A stretch of 63,641 bases of DNA, counting the filler, from Thraustochytrium aureum (Eukaryota), in NCBI GenBank assembly GCA_012862495.1. It is 5 parts of 3 records of this genome, joined end to end, with 100 filler letters (N's around TTAATTAATTAA, not from the genome) between each part and the next. Parts side by side here need not be neighbours in the genome. Positions count along the whole stretch, not along the records: positions 44,541 to 57,633 come from BLSG01000127.1; positions 57,734 to 63,641 come from BLSG01000129.1; 3 more parts are not named here. One strand, 5' to 3'. The notes beneath the pieces are model-generated. The model was not told the origin of the DNA. It saw nothing but the letters and a program-made list of their open reading frames with translations, and did no database searches. This document shows, piece after piece, positions 44,558 through 57,834 of this stretch (positions are counted from its first letter, which is position 1; each line of letters starts with the position of its first letter). A program made the translations under genes and the position numbers.

Positions 44558-47500
44558 GTGTGCGTTGCGGGCTCCGCGGACGCTAAGGCCAGCGAGCCTG
44601 CCTCGCACTTTGAGGTGCTTCTTGAATACAGCGACATCAGCGACGAGGAAGGCGACTTTGCGAGCCCCGTAGGCGCCGACGAGGCGAACGGCATCGAACC
44701 TGCGTCGCACTTTGAGGTGCTTCTTGAATACAGCGACGACAGTGACGAAGAGAGTGACTTTGCGTGCGCCGCAGGCACCGGCGAGGCGAAGTTCAGCGAG
44801 CCAACCCCGCTCTTTGAGCAGCTTGGCGATTTCAACAACGACGACGCGAGCCGCCATTTGTGCGCTGCGGGCTCTGCCAAGTCAGCCAAAAACTGTCCTG
44901 CTGTGGTCTTCGAGGAGATCGACGAGTCCTGTGACGAGGTCCAGATGGGCAGGTCAAGCACAGTTAACGAGTCTTTGGCTTTCGAAGGACTTGGCAAACG
45001 CCACAAAAAGGAAGAAGCGGTCGGCCATGTGGGCGACATTGGCCCTGACGCTGCACGCGACAAAACCCTTGGCTTGACATCGGAGGCGCCTGGCGCATGC
45101 GCTAGCATGCAATGCGCCCCGGGCGGCCAATATGCAAATATGTTGAGCCCTGAGCTACTGGCTGTGTACGAAAGCCTCGGTAAACTTGCGAAGCAAGCAA
45201 CAAACGAAACGTTAAAGCTCAAGCAGGCGGAGGAGACGATTGGCAACCTCGTGGCCGATCTGGCCGCCATGCGATTGGCCCAGAGTCAAGCTTTGGAGCT
45301 CGAATCCCGATCAAAGCTCGAGCGTGATGGCTTCCGTCGGAAACTGGCGAGCAAGGAGCAAGAGCTACTCGTCGCGGAAGAGGCAAAGAAGGAGGCTGAA
45401 CGCGCCAAGGCCGGTCTGGAGGCGAACTTTGCGGTTGCAAAGGCGCGCCAAAGTGCACTGCTGAACGAACTCGGGGCTGCAAAGGCCGAGCTGGCGAAGG
45501 CCCTAGCCGAAATGGGAGACCGCGAGCGAGATGCAGCATTCTCCAGTTTGCGACTCGCCCTTTCAGTGGCCAAAGCCGAGCTGAAGGAGAAGGAGAAGGA
45601 AGAGATATTCTTTGTCGGCTCGTACGCGGCAATCGAGGCGGCGGCAAAGGCGAATAGCGCAGAGATCGACAGGCTCCGGACAGAAAACGAACGACTGAGT
45701 GGATTGGCAAGCTTACAAGCCGTCGAGGCTGCATCCGCCGAAGCCTCACTCGCTCAAAGCCGTGAATTGCTGCTCGGCGCCACCGAGAGCGGCGACATTG
45801 CCAAGTCCCAACTGGCCAAGGTATCAGAGGAGCTGGAGAAAGCGATCAAAGCGCGACGACACGCTGAAGCGGCATCTGCAAGGAAGGACGAGGAGCTGGC
45901 CGGGGCAAAGCAAACCATCAGACGCGGCCTCGAGGAGCTCGAACAAGCTACAACGGAGGCACGAGAGCACAAGCGTGTTGCTGAAGACAAGGAGAGAGAG
46001 TTGCTCCACGTGCGCGCAGAGTGGGCTCAACTAAACGGCGCCAAAATCATCGCCAAGATCACCCAGAAGGATTCGGAGGATTTGAAAGTCGAGATGGAGG
46101 CTCTGCAGTCCGAATACTCGGAGAGAGTCAATACCCTCCGCGAGGAGCTCCGCGAGAAGAACGCGCAAATCCACGAGCTGCGCATTGACTACAGCGCAAC
46201 CGAGTCCGAGAAGGCTCAGCTAGCGTCGGAGCTCGTCGAGATCAATGTCATCGCCAGGCACGCCATAGCCGACGTGAACGCTGGGAACGCAGAGCGTGAA
46301 GCACTTGCCCAACAGGTGAAGACCGCAGAGACTGCCGCGGCTGCCTACGCAGAGCAGAGTCACGAGCTCGAGCTCGCCCTGAAGGAGACGGTGAGTGAGT
46401 CAAGTGCAAAGCTGGCAGTGCTGAGCAAAGAGCACGACAAAGCAAAAGCTGCTGTTGAGGAGCAGGCGGGGCGGATTGATCAGCTCGAGCAAGGTTTAAA
46501 GGCAGCCAAGTTCGAGTTTGTCGCCAAGGAAGAGGACTTGCTTTTTCATGTGGGCAAGCTGGGCAGGGAGCTGGACGAAGCCAAGAGGCAGAACAAACAG
46601 AGTCGCCCAAAAGTACTGTCGTCGACAGAAAAGCCTCGACTGGTTGTGGAGCCGCTCACATTCCTGGAAAACAATGCGGAGCGCAAGATTGTGGCGGAGC
46701 TAAACCGGATGAAACGTGACGGTTTGTCGCTCGGGGAAGCCGTCGCGTGTGCGTCAAGCAGTGCCCCGGCCCAGGGCTTTGCGGCCCCCGCGCTTGCCAG
46801 GGGGTCACTTTGTGTGCAAAGAGGATGGAGAAGACCACCGCGAGGAACTTGGCTCGCATGATGAACGGTCTGAGCTCTGACGCCAAGGTGAAGGTTTGGG
46901 CTGCCGTGAAGGCCTTTACTTTCATCTGTCTAGCCTGCTCGTCAGCGGCGTGGGCTGCAAAGTTCACCAAGATGGAGGCCCAGCTGGAAAGCAAGGTGCG
47001 CAGCGTCCTCGAAGACCGCCTTGTTGATGCCCAAAAGGCTCGCAAGGCTCAAGGCGCGCTCGAGGCGAGGAACCACGATTTACTATTGCGGCTGGCCGCG
47101 AACGCTCGAGAGTTGCGCGAGGTGAGCGAGCTGCGAATCTTGCAAAGGAAGTCCGCGGCTGCGCGCCCCTCGACGGCAATGCGCAAGTACAGTGGCCAAT
47201 TGGAGCACCAGGACTCCTGGAACGCGGCCAACTGCGGCGATGAGAACGCGCGTGGGGATCTCAATGCGCAACGGTTGCCAAGCCCAAGGCGTGCCTATTC
47301 TCATTTGCTTGCCAAGACGGAACCCGACTTGAGCAGTGCACGGCCGCAGCCCTCTCCAGATGACGAACTCGGCTTGGGGAGCGAGCCGTCATCAGGGCGC
47401 AACCCGCGCGACAAGCCGCTTGGCAAGACAAAGAAGTTGAGGAAGTCGCCGAGCGGCACCGTCGTCGTTGTGAAGAGGGTCCGAAATGCTCCGAGCAGCG

Positions 47501-47562
47501 CTGCAGCGTCCAAAAAGACTTTGGCGGTCGCCACCGTCAAGTCCCGCCCCGTGAGGAGGTGA
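44558..47562 (+). CDS. Large coiled-coil protein (5' truncated; frameshift at ~46750)
   Basis: Acidic N-terminal part with duplicated EPASHFEVLLEYSD, then several hundred residues of Glu/Ala/Lys heptad-rich sequence. It continues in ORF 46747..47562. Confidence 0.65.
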
Positions 47563-47599
47563 ACGTGCGACGAGGCCGAGGCGGAAGCAGAGCGAACGC

Positions 47600-47765
47600 C
47601 AACCCCCCAAAATGAACGAATCAAGCAACCAACGAAACGACCAACAACCCAAGCGGAAACAGCAACAACCCAAGCGGAAACAGCAACGAAACACCCAACC
47701 CAGACCCAACCAAGCGACAACCAACCAACCAACCAAACAAACAAACACAAACAAATAAAACCAAA
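47600..47765 (+). repeat. (CAAC/CAAA)-rich simple-repeat tract between convergent genes
   Basis: Direct reading; includes duplicated caacaacccaagcggaaacag. Confidence 0.75.
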
Positions 47766-47970
47766 GAGCGACCGATCTGTTGGAATGCGCGAAGCTCAAC
47801 CGGTCGCCCGCTCCAGGCGGAGCCGAATCGATCGCCCGTGTTGGCGGGGGTCATGCCACTCAGCAAGGAGGCTGGCAAGAAAACAAAACATCTTTTTCTC
47901 GAAGTCTTTTCAGGAACTGACGTGACGGGGACGCGCATCGGGCAACGCGCTGGCTGCCTCGCTCCGCGGT

Positions 47971-48573
47971 CTATAGGAGGACCTGGTTGCCCACGTAAAA
48001 TAGCGGCGCGAGGAACAGGATCTGCATGAACAGGTCAGGCTGAACGCTAGCGAAGCCGGTCATGCAGGCCGTCCAGCACCAGACGAGGCAAAGGCGTCCG
48101 AACAGCTTGTGGACTTTGCGATAGGTCTGGTTGGTCTTGATCAGGCCGTAGTCGGGGTGGATCGCAAGGGAGCCGCCGACGCCGACGCCCACCCACGAAA
48201 CGACGACGGCGCCTCCGATCCACGCGTGCGTAGTAAGGAAGTGCTCCTTGCCGTGCGTCTCTTTGTTTGAGTAGATCACGTAGAGGCCAAAGAGCATGAG
48301 CGAGGCGGCCGCAAACATGAGGTTGCCGTGCATCCGCGTGTTCTCCAGCCCGCCCACCTTTTTGATTAGAGTTGCGTTGAGCGCCAGGGGGACCGCGGCA
48401 AGAATCATAGCCAGCGGGTGCCAAGAGAACCAGATCCACTCCCCCGTGGGCCGCAGCCCCAGGTAGACCCCAAACACCACCCCAAACACAATCGACGGCC
48501 ACCTGAACCTGTGCAGGAGCGCCATGTTGGCGTCCCTCGCCGTCGTCCGCGTCTCACCTGCCTTGGCGCTCAT
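47971..48573 (-). CDS. Cytochrome b561-domain transmembrane oxidoreductase
   Basis: Four heme-ligand His: FSWHPLAM, MHGNLM, HFLTTHAWIG and RKVHKLFGR. Confidence 0.88.
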   Translation of the reverse strand: MSAKAGETRTTARDANMALLHRFRWPSIVFGVVFGVYLGLRPTGEWIWFSWHPLAMILAAVPLALNATLIKKVGGLENTRMHGNLMFAAASLMLFGLYVIYSNKETHGKEHFLTTHAWIGGAVVVSWVGVGVGGSLAIHPDYGLIKTNQTYRKVHKLFGRLCLVWCWTACMTGFASVQPDLFMQILFLAPLFYVGNQVLL

Positions 48574-49580
48574 CTCCTCTCTCCAGGCCAATCGCAACAG
48601 GATCAACAACAACAGCCTCGGGACGGCAGGGCCTTGCGCGCCGCAAGTCCTCGCGCGCGTTCGTTCGCGTCTTGCCAGCCCTGCCCCTGCGCTGCACCCA
48701 AGAGCGCCGGCGACTCGCGCAGAGTCCAGCTACTAGTAGTACAGACCAGCCCCTGCGAGCGAGCGCAGTGGGCGTGTACTCCCCGCATCGCGCAGATACA
48801 CCAGGACACACCGTGGCACGATGCAGCAATTGCAGCAGCGAGCGCGCCGATACAGTCGCCCGCGACCCCATCGCCACAAAAGCGCCCATCGCGACGCCGC
48901 CGCATCCACGCCCACAAACGAACCAACACAAGGCCGCCGTCGAGCACCCGGCCGCTCGACTCGAGTGCCGTGCCGCCCCGGCCGCGAGCGTTCGATCNNN
49001 NNNNNNNNNNNNNNNNNNNNNNNNNNNNNNNNNNNNNNNNNNNNNNNNNNNNNNNNNNNNNNNNNNNNNNNNNNNNNNNNNNNNNNNNNNNNNNNNNNNN
49101 NNNNNNNNNNNNNNNNNNNNNNNNNNNNNNNNNNNNNNNNNNNNNNNNNNNNNNNNNNNNNNNNNNNNNNNNNNNNNNNNNNNNNNNNNNNNNNNNNNNN
49201 NNNNNNNNNNNNNNNNNNNNNNNNNNNNNNNNNNNNNNNNNNNNNNNNNNNNNNNNNNNNNNNNNNNNNNNNNNNNNNNNNNNNNNNNNNNNNNNNNNNN
49301 NNNNNNNNNNNNNNNNNNNNNNNNNNNNNNNNNNNNNNNNNNNNNNNNNNNNNNNNNNNNNNNNNNNNNNNNNNNNNNNNNNNNNNNNNNNNNNNNNNNN
49401 NNNNNNNNNNNNNNNNNNNNNNNNNNNNNNNNNNNNNNNNNNNNNNNNNNNNNNNNNNNNNNNNNNNNNNNNNNNNNNNTCGTGCGTTGGTCGGGCTGGG
49501 CTGCGGCGATCCCACGTGCAGCGACGCGCGTGTCGGTGGTGCGCGAGCGGAGGGGTGCGCTGAGTGGCGGCGGAGGAACG

Positions 49581-50802
49581 ATGCTGTTCGCTCTGGAGTG
49601 CGCCGTGCAAAAGTATGCCTGGGGCAAGCCGGGACTCGACTCGACTGTGGCACAGCTTGCCAAGGAGCAAGGGCAAGAGATCGACGAGGATGCTCCGTAC
49701 GCCGAGCTCTGGATGGGCACGCACCCGAACGGCCCAGCCCAGGTGGTGATGGGCGACGGCTCCAAGGTTGCTCTGAGCGAGTGGATCAACCAGAACCCGA
49801 GCGTGGTGAGTGCCAACAAGGAGGAGCAAGACGCCTGCGTCAAGGACGGCCTGCCGTACTTGTTCAAGATCCTGTCCGTGAACACGGCACTGTCGATCCA
49901 GTCTCATCCTGACAAGAAGGTGGCTGCGAAGCTGCACGCCGATCGCCCCGACGTGTACAAGGACCCAAACCACAAACCGGAGATGGCGTGCGCGATCACG
50001 CCGTTCGAGGCCCTGGCTGGGTTCCTGCCCGTCGCCGAAACGCTGGCCAACATCAAGGCCACGCCAGAGCTAGCCGAGCTCCTGGAGGCCTCGGAGGACG
50101 CGAAAGCGGTTCTTGATGAGGGCGCATCGGCCTTCGAAGGTGGCGAGCAGGCAGAAAAGGCGGCACTGCGGACGCTTTTCGCTTCGCTGATGCAATCTGA
50201 AGAAGCACTGGTGCAAGCGCAGGTGGCCAAGTTGCAGGCGCGGCTTGGGGAGGACGAAGCCGCCCTCGAGCATCCTGACAAGTTGGCCCTCCGCCTGAGC
50301 CGGCAGTATCCTGGAGATGTGGGCGTTTTTTGCGCGTACTTTATGTGCTACAGGGTGCTGGAGCCTGGGCAGGCCGTCTTTCTCGGCGCGAACGAGCCCC
50401 ACGCGTACCTCGCGGGAGACTGCGCGGAAATCATGGCCTGCTCTGACAACGTCGTGCGAGCCGGCCTGACGCCAAAGCTTCGTGACGTTGAGACGCTCGT
50501 GACAACGCTGACCTACCGCCAGCCGAGCCACCAAGGGCAGAGTTCCACCCCGGCAACATGCTTGACGGGGCACCTTCTGGCCCGCACAGCAAGGTCTACA
50601 GCCCGCCGGACCCTGCAGTCACCGAGTTCCAGATGGAGCGCGTGGTTCTGAGCAAGTCTGACGGCCCTGTCGCGCTCAAGACCTCGTCATTCGGCTGCAT
50701 CCTGCTCGTTCTTTCTGGCTCAGGCTCTTGTTCGCAGGGGTCTGCCTCGGAATCGCCCGCGTCGGACGTGCGCTTCGCCGCGGAGGCATCTTTTTCCAGC
50801 CC
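49581..50802 (+). CDS. MPI: Mannose-6-phosphate isomerase, type I (frameshift at ~50545; 3' end in gap)
   Basis: QKYAWGK, PYAELWMGTHP, LPYLFKILS, ALSIQSHPDK, YKDPNHKPEM, ANEPHAYL and MACSDNVVRAGLTPK. It continues as YSPPDPAVTEF in ORF 50558. Confidence 0.95.
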
Positions 50803-51692
50803 NNNNNNNNNNNNNNNNNNNNNNNNNNNNNNNNNNNNNNNNNNNNNNNNNNNNNNNNNNNNNNNNNNNNNNNNNNNNNNNNNNNNNNNNNNNNNNNNNN
50901 NNNNNNNNNNNNNNNNNNNNNNNNNNNNNNNNNNNNNNNNNNNNNNNNNNNNNNNNNNNNNNNNNNNNNNNNNNNNNNNNNNNNNNNNNNNNNNNNNNNN
51001 NNNNNNNNNNNNNNNNNNNNNNNNNNNNNNNNNNNNNNNNNNNNNNNNNNNNNNNNNNNNNNNNNNNNNNNNNNNNNNNNNNNNNNNNNNNNNNNNNNNN
51101 NNNNNNNNNNNNNNNNNNNNNNNNNNNNNNNNNNNNNNNNNNNNNNNNNNNNNNNNNNNNNNNNNNNNNNNNNNNNNNNNNNNNNNNNNNNNNNNNNNNN
51201 NNNNNNNNNNNNNNNNNNNNNNNNNNNNNNNNNNNNNNNNNNNNNNNNNNNNNNNNNNNNNNNNNNNNNNNNNNNNNNNNNNNNNNNNNNNNNNNNNNNN
51301 NNNNNNNNNNNNNNNNNNNNNNNNNNNNNNNNNNNNNNNNNNNNNNNNNNNNNNNNNNNNNNNNNNNNNNNNNNNNNNNNNNNNNNNNNNNNNNNNNNNN
51401 NNNNNNNNNNNNNNNNNNNNNNNNNNNNNNNNNNNNNNNNNNNNNNNNNNNNNNNNNNNNNNNNNNNNNNNNNNNNNNNNNNNNNNNNNNNNNNNNNNNN
51501 NNNNNNNNNNNNNNNNNNNNNNNNNNNNNNNNNNNNNNNNNNNNNNNNNNNNNNNNNNNNNNNNNNNNNNNNCTGCGCTCGGAAGGGTGCTCGTCTCGGC
51601 GTAGCGGCGCCCGACGGGCGGCGCGCGGCCGGCTGTCGGCCTCAGCGGCGCGTCGAGCGCCCTGTGTTGCAGAGCGCCACGGTCGGTGGGGA

Positions 51693-52947
51693 ATGGACAA
51701 ATGGGTGGAAACGTTTGCGAACTGGAGCCCCGCAGAGCAGCGTCGCGCCTTGGAGGTCGCCCTCTCAAGCTCGTCCAGCGCACGGCAAGCCGCCAAGGAG
51801 GTCCTCGCAAGAGCAGATATTAAGGCGCTGGCGGCATCCGCGGGCGATCTAGGCACAGGTCTGCCATGCGCCTCAAAGCCTCGCGCCCCGAGCCTCATCC
51901 CACAAGTAGACTTTTTGGACGTCGTCCCCGACGTTCTCTGCAGCACCATTCTCAAGTTCTTGGACATGGACTCGCTGGCGAGGGCGTGCTGCGTCTCGCG
52001 GCGGTGGCAGCTCCGATGCTCGAGCCCCTCCGTGGACGACCTCTGGAAGGCCGAGTTCCTGCGGCTCAACTCGGACTCCACCTTTATTGATAACCTCAAG
52101 ATGTGGCGCAACTACTCGTGGCGCGCCCTATGCCAGCTGCAGGGGCGCAGCCGGCTTGGCTGGATGCAGAAATCTGTTGACAAGCGAACCTTCCCGGGGC
52201 ACAAAGACCGTGTCCGCCACGTGCGGATCCGAACCGACACGATTGTGAGCTCGTCGTGGGACGGCAGCTTGCGCGTGGTCAACCTCAACGACGAAACGGT
52301 CGAGGCGTTCAGCAAGCAAGTTGCCTCGCACAGCGGGTCGGTGTTTGGCGTGTGGTTTGACGGCCAGGTCGCGGTGACTTGCTCGGAAGACTCGACCATC
52401 AAGATCTGGGACGTATTCCAGGACAGGTGCGTCGCCGAGCTGATTGGGCACACGAGCGCTGTGTACCGCGTGGCGATGCTCTCGTCGTCGAGCGAGATCC
52501 TGGTTAGCTGTAGCCGGGACTTTGTCGGCGTGTGGCACTGGCCCAGCAGCATGCTGCTCTCCAAGCTCCAAGGCCACACGCACGACGTCCATCGTGTGCA
52601 GGTCTCGCAGAAGGTCATCGTGACCGGCTCGTACGACTGCACCGTGCGTGTGTGGAACTACCCGTCCTGCTGCACGCAGTGGACCTCGCCGCCATGCCAT
52701 ACGCAGGGCGTGTCGTGTCTCCATTTCGAGGGAAACACGCTTGCGACTGGCTCGGCGAAAGGCGAGGTGTTCGTGTGGGACCTCGAGCTGGGCTCGCGCC
52801 TGCACGCTTTCGACAGCGGCCTCCACAACGACTCTACTATCTCGTGCATCTTGGTCGCTGGCAATCTCGTGTATTCCACTTCGAACCTGTCGCTGCGCCA
52901 GAACGACGGGATCGTTTGCATCTGGGACGTCGTGAGCGGCATGTTGC
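51693..52947 (+). CDS. F-box/WD40 protein (FBXW7/Cdc4-like; 3' end in gap)
   Basis: F-box DFLDVVPDVLCSTILKFLD…CVSRRW plus at least 6 WD40 repeats (GH…S.D..IKIWD). Confidence 0.9.
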
Positions 52948-53861
52948 NNNNNNNNNNNNNNNNNNNNNNNNNNNNNNNNNNNNNNNNNNNNNNNNNNNNN
53001 NNNNNNNNNNNNNNNNNNNNNNNNNNNNNNNNNNNNNNNNNNNNNNNNNNNNNNNNNNNNNNNNNNNNNNNNNNNNNNNNNNNNNNNNNNNNNNNNNNNN
53101 NNNNNNNNNNNNNNNNNNNNNNNNNNNNNNNNNNNNNNNNNNNNNNNNNNNNNNNNNNNNNNNNNNNNNNNNNNNNNNNNNNNNNNNNNNNNNNNNNNNN
53201 NNNNNNNNNNNNNNNNNNNNNNNNNNNNNNNNNNNNNNNNNNNNNNNNNNNNNNNNNNNNNNNNNNNNNNNNNNNNNNNNNNNNNNNNNNNNNNNNNNNN
53301 NNNNNNNNNNNNNNNNNNNNNNNNNNNNNNNNNNNNNNNNNNNNNNNNNNNNNNNNNNNNNNNNNNNNNNNNNNNNNNNNNNNNNNNNNNNNNNNNNNNN
53401 NNNNNNNNNNNNNNNNNNNNNNNNNNNNNNNNNNNNNNNNNNNNNNNNNNNNNNNNNNNNNNNNNNNNNNNNNNNNNNNNNNNNNNNNNNNNNNNNNNNN
53501 NNNNNNNNNNNNNNNNNNNNNNNNNNNNNNNNNNNNNNNNNNNNNNNNNNNNTGGCGCGCCCCGGCGCGGCCCGCGCAGCGCACAGCTGGAGCAGCATCA
53601 CATCACAAAAGCCAAAGCCAAAACAACGGAAAGGTCCGAGAAAGCGACCCCCTTGAGAACTTGAAGCATCAGAAAGAGGCCCGAACGCCCTGTGGCCCCG
53701 AGCATCAGTTCGACCCAAGAATCGGCGACGCGGTATTACCCCAGCGAAAGAAAACAGGCGACTCGATTAGCCTGAGCTGGGAACGCAGCGCCTCAACGAC
53801 CGACTGAACAACCAACGACCACCTTGTCGGCCCGGTGACTGGACGACGGACGGCCCAGAGC

Positions 53862-55021
53862 TTACCGCAGCAGAGCAACGCGCGAGCGCGTCTGGCGCGG
53901 ATATGAACAAGGCTCGGACGAGCTGTGGCACTCTGGGGCCTTGAGCGGCCTTCGCCGAGGCGGCGTCGCTCCCGCTCCCCTTGGCTGGTCAGCGTGGCAG
54001 GTTTGCTTGCCGGAAGGGTTCGAACAAGCGCGCAAACTGCCCGCGACCTTCCGGCGCTTGCGCAGCATCTGGCGGTCCAAAAGCGGGTTGAGGTGCATCT
54101 TTGCGGAGCTCGAGGGCTCGGCCTCATCGGGCCACTCTGTGTCGATCGGCAGAGTGAAGGACTCGCCGCGGCGCGCGGGGTCCAAACACAACGAGCTGTT
54201 TGCGCGATGCAGCTCCACCAGCGAGGCCTCCTTTTCGTAGTCCTGCAGGATGCGCAACACCTGCATGCGCTGCGCAAACGTTTGGGGCGAGGGCACGTGA
54301 AGGTTGCACGAGCGAAGGTCGTGATACAGTTGCGTGCGCTTGAGCGCCTCTACTGTGCTGATTTTGTACAGCATGCCGAGCATGACGGCGACCAGCGTGC
54401 CCGTTCGGCCGTGACCGCCCCAGCAATGCACGTACAATACCTCGCCAGCGAGTAGGCGCCAGCACAGGGCTTCCGCGAGATCGCGGACCACCCGGTCCGA
54501 GGTCACGTCGCAATCGGCGATCGGCGTGTGCAGGAAAGCAAGTTGCTCTGCCTGGCAGATGGCTTCGTTCGCCGAGCCGCGCCGTCGCTCCTTGCAGAGG
54601 CGGTAGGCGTCGCTGATGTAGGGTCTGATCTGCGCGCCCGAGCGCCACGCCTCGCGGTCGCAGCTCGCGTGGTCGTACTCCTTCTGCAAGCAAACAAACG
54701 TCGTCACACCGCACCGCAGAATGGACTGCAGGACCTGCTCGTGCTCGTCATCCTCCACCTCGGCGGGGTAGGCGCCGACCAAGAGCCGCCCTGGCAAAAC
54801 CCGTTCGACTCGTCCGTGGGCCCGGCGTACGTCTCGCGGCGCGCCTTCACTTGTTCAACGCTCGGGAGCCGCGCGGGCAGCGCCTCGCGGCACTCGAGCA
54901 GCGCCTCCACCCCGGCGGCCTCGTCCTCCTTCGACACCTCCGTGCACTCGCTCACGGCCCGCTTGCGCGTCCTCGGGACGTGGTTGCCGGACGCCTGCCT
55001 GTTCTCCATCGGGCCGCTCAT
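53862..55021 (-). CDS. PTP/dual-specificity phosphatase-like protein (frameshift at ~54802)
   Basis: CX5R loop VHCWGGHGRTG, HTPIADC and SPQTFAQ. The upstream frame YAGPTDESN joins (W)VLPGRLLVGAYP if one base is added. Confidence 0.85.
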
Positions 55022-56860
55022 CNNNNNNNNNNNNNNNNNNNNNNNNNNNNNNNNNNNNNNNNNNNNNNNNNNNNNNNNNNNNNNNNNNNNNNNNNNNNNN
55101 NNNNNNNNNNNNNNNNNNNNNNNNNNNNNNNNNNNNNNNNNNNNNNNNNNNNNNNNNNNNNNNNNNNNNNNNNNNNNNNNNNNNNNNNNNNNNNNNNNNN
55201 NNNNNNNNNNNNNNNNNNNNNNNNNNNNNNNNNNNNNNNNNNNNNNNNNNNNNNNNNNNNNNNNNNNNNNNNNNNNNNNNNNNNNNNNNNNNNNNNNNNN
55301 NNNNNNNNNNNNNNNNNNNNNNNNNNNNNNNNNNNNNNNNNNNNNNNNNNNNNNNNNNNNNNNNNNNNNNNNNNNNNNNNNNNNNNNNNNTTCCTTCGCT
55401 TCTGCTGGCCTTCTGCTCTGCTGCGGCCATGCCTTTCATGGTGGTTCGCCCTCCCTCCCTGTGTTTCAAGTTCCAGCACTGCTGAAGAAGCCGCTGGCAC
55501 TCGCCTGTTGGAGGCTCCTCACTCGATGCGACTTGCGGAGGAGCCTCAGGCTGCCTTTCCCTCTTTCTTTCTTGCTTTCTTTCTTGCTTTTTTGTTTCCC
55601 TTTTTGTTTCCGTCTTTCTTGCTTGTTTCCTCTTCCTTTGTTTCCCTCTTTCTCAGGCTTTGGTTGTTTGTCTCTTGGTTGTAGTAGAGTAGTACTAGGC
55701 TACTTCAAAAGGCTGATTCCTTTTGGCGCGGCGGCCGGCCACCCATCTCAAGATTCCCTCTCTCTCTCTCTCGCGCTCTTGCCTCTTTCTTGTGAGGAGG
55801 GAGGGAGGTACTCACTTGAGTACTTGCTACTAGGCCTATTCTACTACTACCGGCTGCTGGGTAGGGGGCGGCCACCACCCATGCTGGAAAAGCCCGATTT
55901 TCGGGGGAAGGCCAAGGTGCAAAAAAGGGGGGAGGGATAGTTTTCGGGGTAAGCATCTGAATTCTGAGCGAGCAAGCGCCCCATTTCAGGTTCGGGGGTT
56001 CGCGGGAATGCGAGCCCAGGGCTCTGCTTGCCGTGGGAGCCTGACGCCGATTAAAACTACCTCGAATAAACCCAACTGGCGGTCGTTCACTTGAAGTCAG
56101 ACTGCGGGAATCGCCTTGGTCTTCCCACTTGACAGGAAACCAGAGCCCTCGAGAAGACTTGTGGCCCTTGCGGCCTGGCGACGTTGTCAACCTGATTCTG
56201 ATGATGAGCGCCACGACCATGAATCCGTGTAGCACCAGACACAACTCTGTTGAGAGATCCTCTTGCGCATGTGCTTGCGCGATTGCTTGGCAACACGAAA
56301 AGATTGCCCACCGTCTCGAAACCTGCTTGCCACGTCTGCGGTTGCTGCTCGCCCAGCGAGCGAGTGCTGTTGACTTGGATGCTCGAGGTCTTTGCTGACA
56401 CGGACGCATTCGCTGGCTTGAACAGCGCTGAGCCGCCTGCGCCCCCAACGCTATGCTAAGCTTGGTGTTGACATTGTACTTGCCGTCTGGAGACTGCTAC
56501 ATGTCGCGGTCTCCTGGGAACTCGCGTGTTGACGCGCTGTTCGACGTTTGGGGACTGCTGCTCGCGATGACTTGCAGGTCGACAAGGGGAAAAATCATGC
56601 GTATGTGAGGAGTCCAACGTGTGAGTGGGAAGGAAAAAAATAAACACCAATGTTTTGGAGTTGTGAGGAAGGGGAAAAATAAATTTGTGAGCAAAGGGAA
56701 AAATAAATTTGTCCAATTGTAAGAATATAACTTTATATTCAGAGGAGAGGGAAAAAACAGATCATTGCGATTGTGTGAAGGGGGGGAAAATGTTTGTGAG
56801 GAGAAGCCAGAGTTACCCGTAGTGCCAGTGCACGACATCCAGTGGTGATCGATCACGATC

Positions 56861-57268
56861 TCACTCGCACTCGCGCTGGCGACTGCGGCGGGCGTCTGCC
56901 AGTGCGGCAGTTCTCCTGATGGTCTTCCACCGCTCAAAGAGTTGAGTAGACGTTCTCACGAAGATTGGCCATGTGTAGCCCTCCGCCTTTAGTACCCTCG
57001 CCCAATAGGTCCACCGCCTTTCCACCATGGCCCAACTCAAGGTCTGGCCGCCGGGTCCCTTTGTGACATCGTCGCAGGAGAGGATGTGGGCTAGCAACTC
57101 GTCCTCGATGTCCGTAAATCGCCTGAGCTTGAGCTTGCCTTTGATGCTTGTCGAGGGAGGTTGAGGAAGGACCTGTTGGTCAACCACGCTCAGGTCAACT
57201 GTGCGTCGCACACGAAACATGCGATGCGGACAGCGCCGCGATCCGTCTGCCTGTGGTTCCACGTACAA
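56861..57268 (-). CDS. Myb/SANT-like domain fragment (likely the C-terminus of a frameshifted, 5'-truncated gene)
   Basis: RRFTDIEDELL…SWAMV…RTSTQLFERWKTI matches the Myb-repeat aromatic pattern. An acidic upstream frame lies at 57190..57552. Confidence 0.45.
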   Translation of the reverse strand: MYVEPQADGSRRCPHRMFRVRRTVDLSVVDQQVLPQPPSTSIKGKLKLRRFTDIEDELLAHILSCDDVTKGPGGQTLSWAMVERRWTYWARVLKAEGYTWPIFVRTSTQLFERWKTIRRTAALADARRSRQRECE

Positions 57269-57834
57269 AGGGCCAGCAGCAGGCTGAGGGCTCTGATTGC
57301 TGCTTGCGCTGAGAAATCGGTCACGCGCGTTCGCTTCGTTGCGCTGGTCGGCGTTGGCTGGTCGTCACTCTCGTCCGTCACGCACGGTGCTTTGCGCTTC
57401 GCGGCGCTACTGTTGTCGTCCTCGTCACTGCCGTGTTGCTCCTCCTCATCGTCGACATCCCCGTCGCCGCCGCTGCCGCCGCCGCCATCATCGGTCGCGA
57501 CGTTTATGTCATCTCCGAGCTCCTGGGCGGGCTGGTCTTGGGTACTCTGCACGACGGCGACCTGGTCCTGGGCCTGAGTCTGCTGACTCTGCTCCGCCAG
57601 GCTAGGCGGTGCACAAGGAGGAACAGCGACAGTNNNNNNNNNNNNNNNNNNNNNNNNNNNNNNNNNNNNNNNNNNNNTTAATTAATTAANNNNNNNNNNN
57701 NNNNNNNNNNNNNNNNNNNNNNNNNNNNNNNNNGAGACGATACCAGTAGGCAGGCGTTGGCGTGCTGTGCAGCGAGAGCACACCTGCGTCCTATCAGGCA
57801 TCGCAAGGGCAATTGGCCAAACAGCCCGCCTGGC

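Noticed and set aside
9131..57689. Four identical TTAATTAATTAA palindromes as a biological repeat
   Set aside because: They are always centred in symmetric N runs, so they are artificial six-frame-stop linkers. Gene adjacency across them is not trustworthy.
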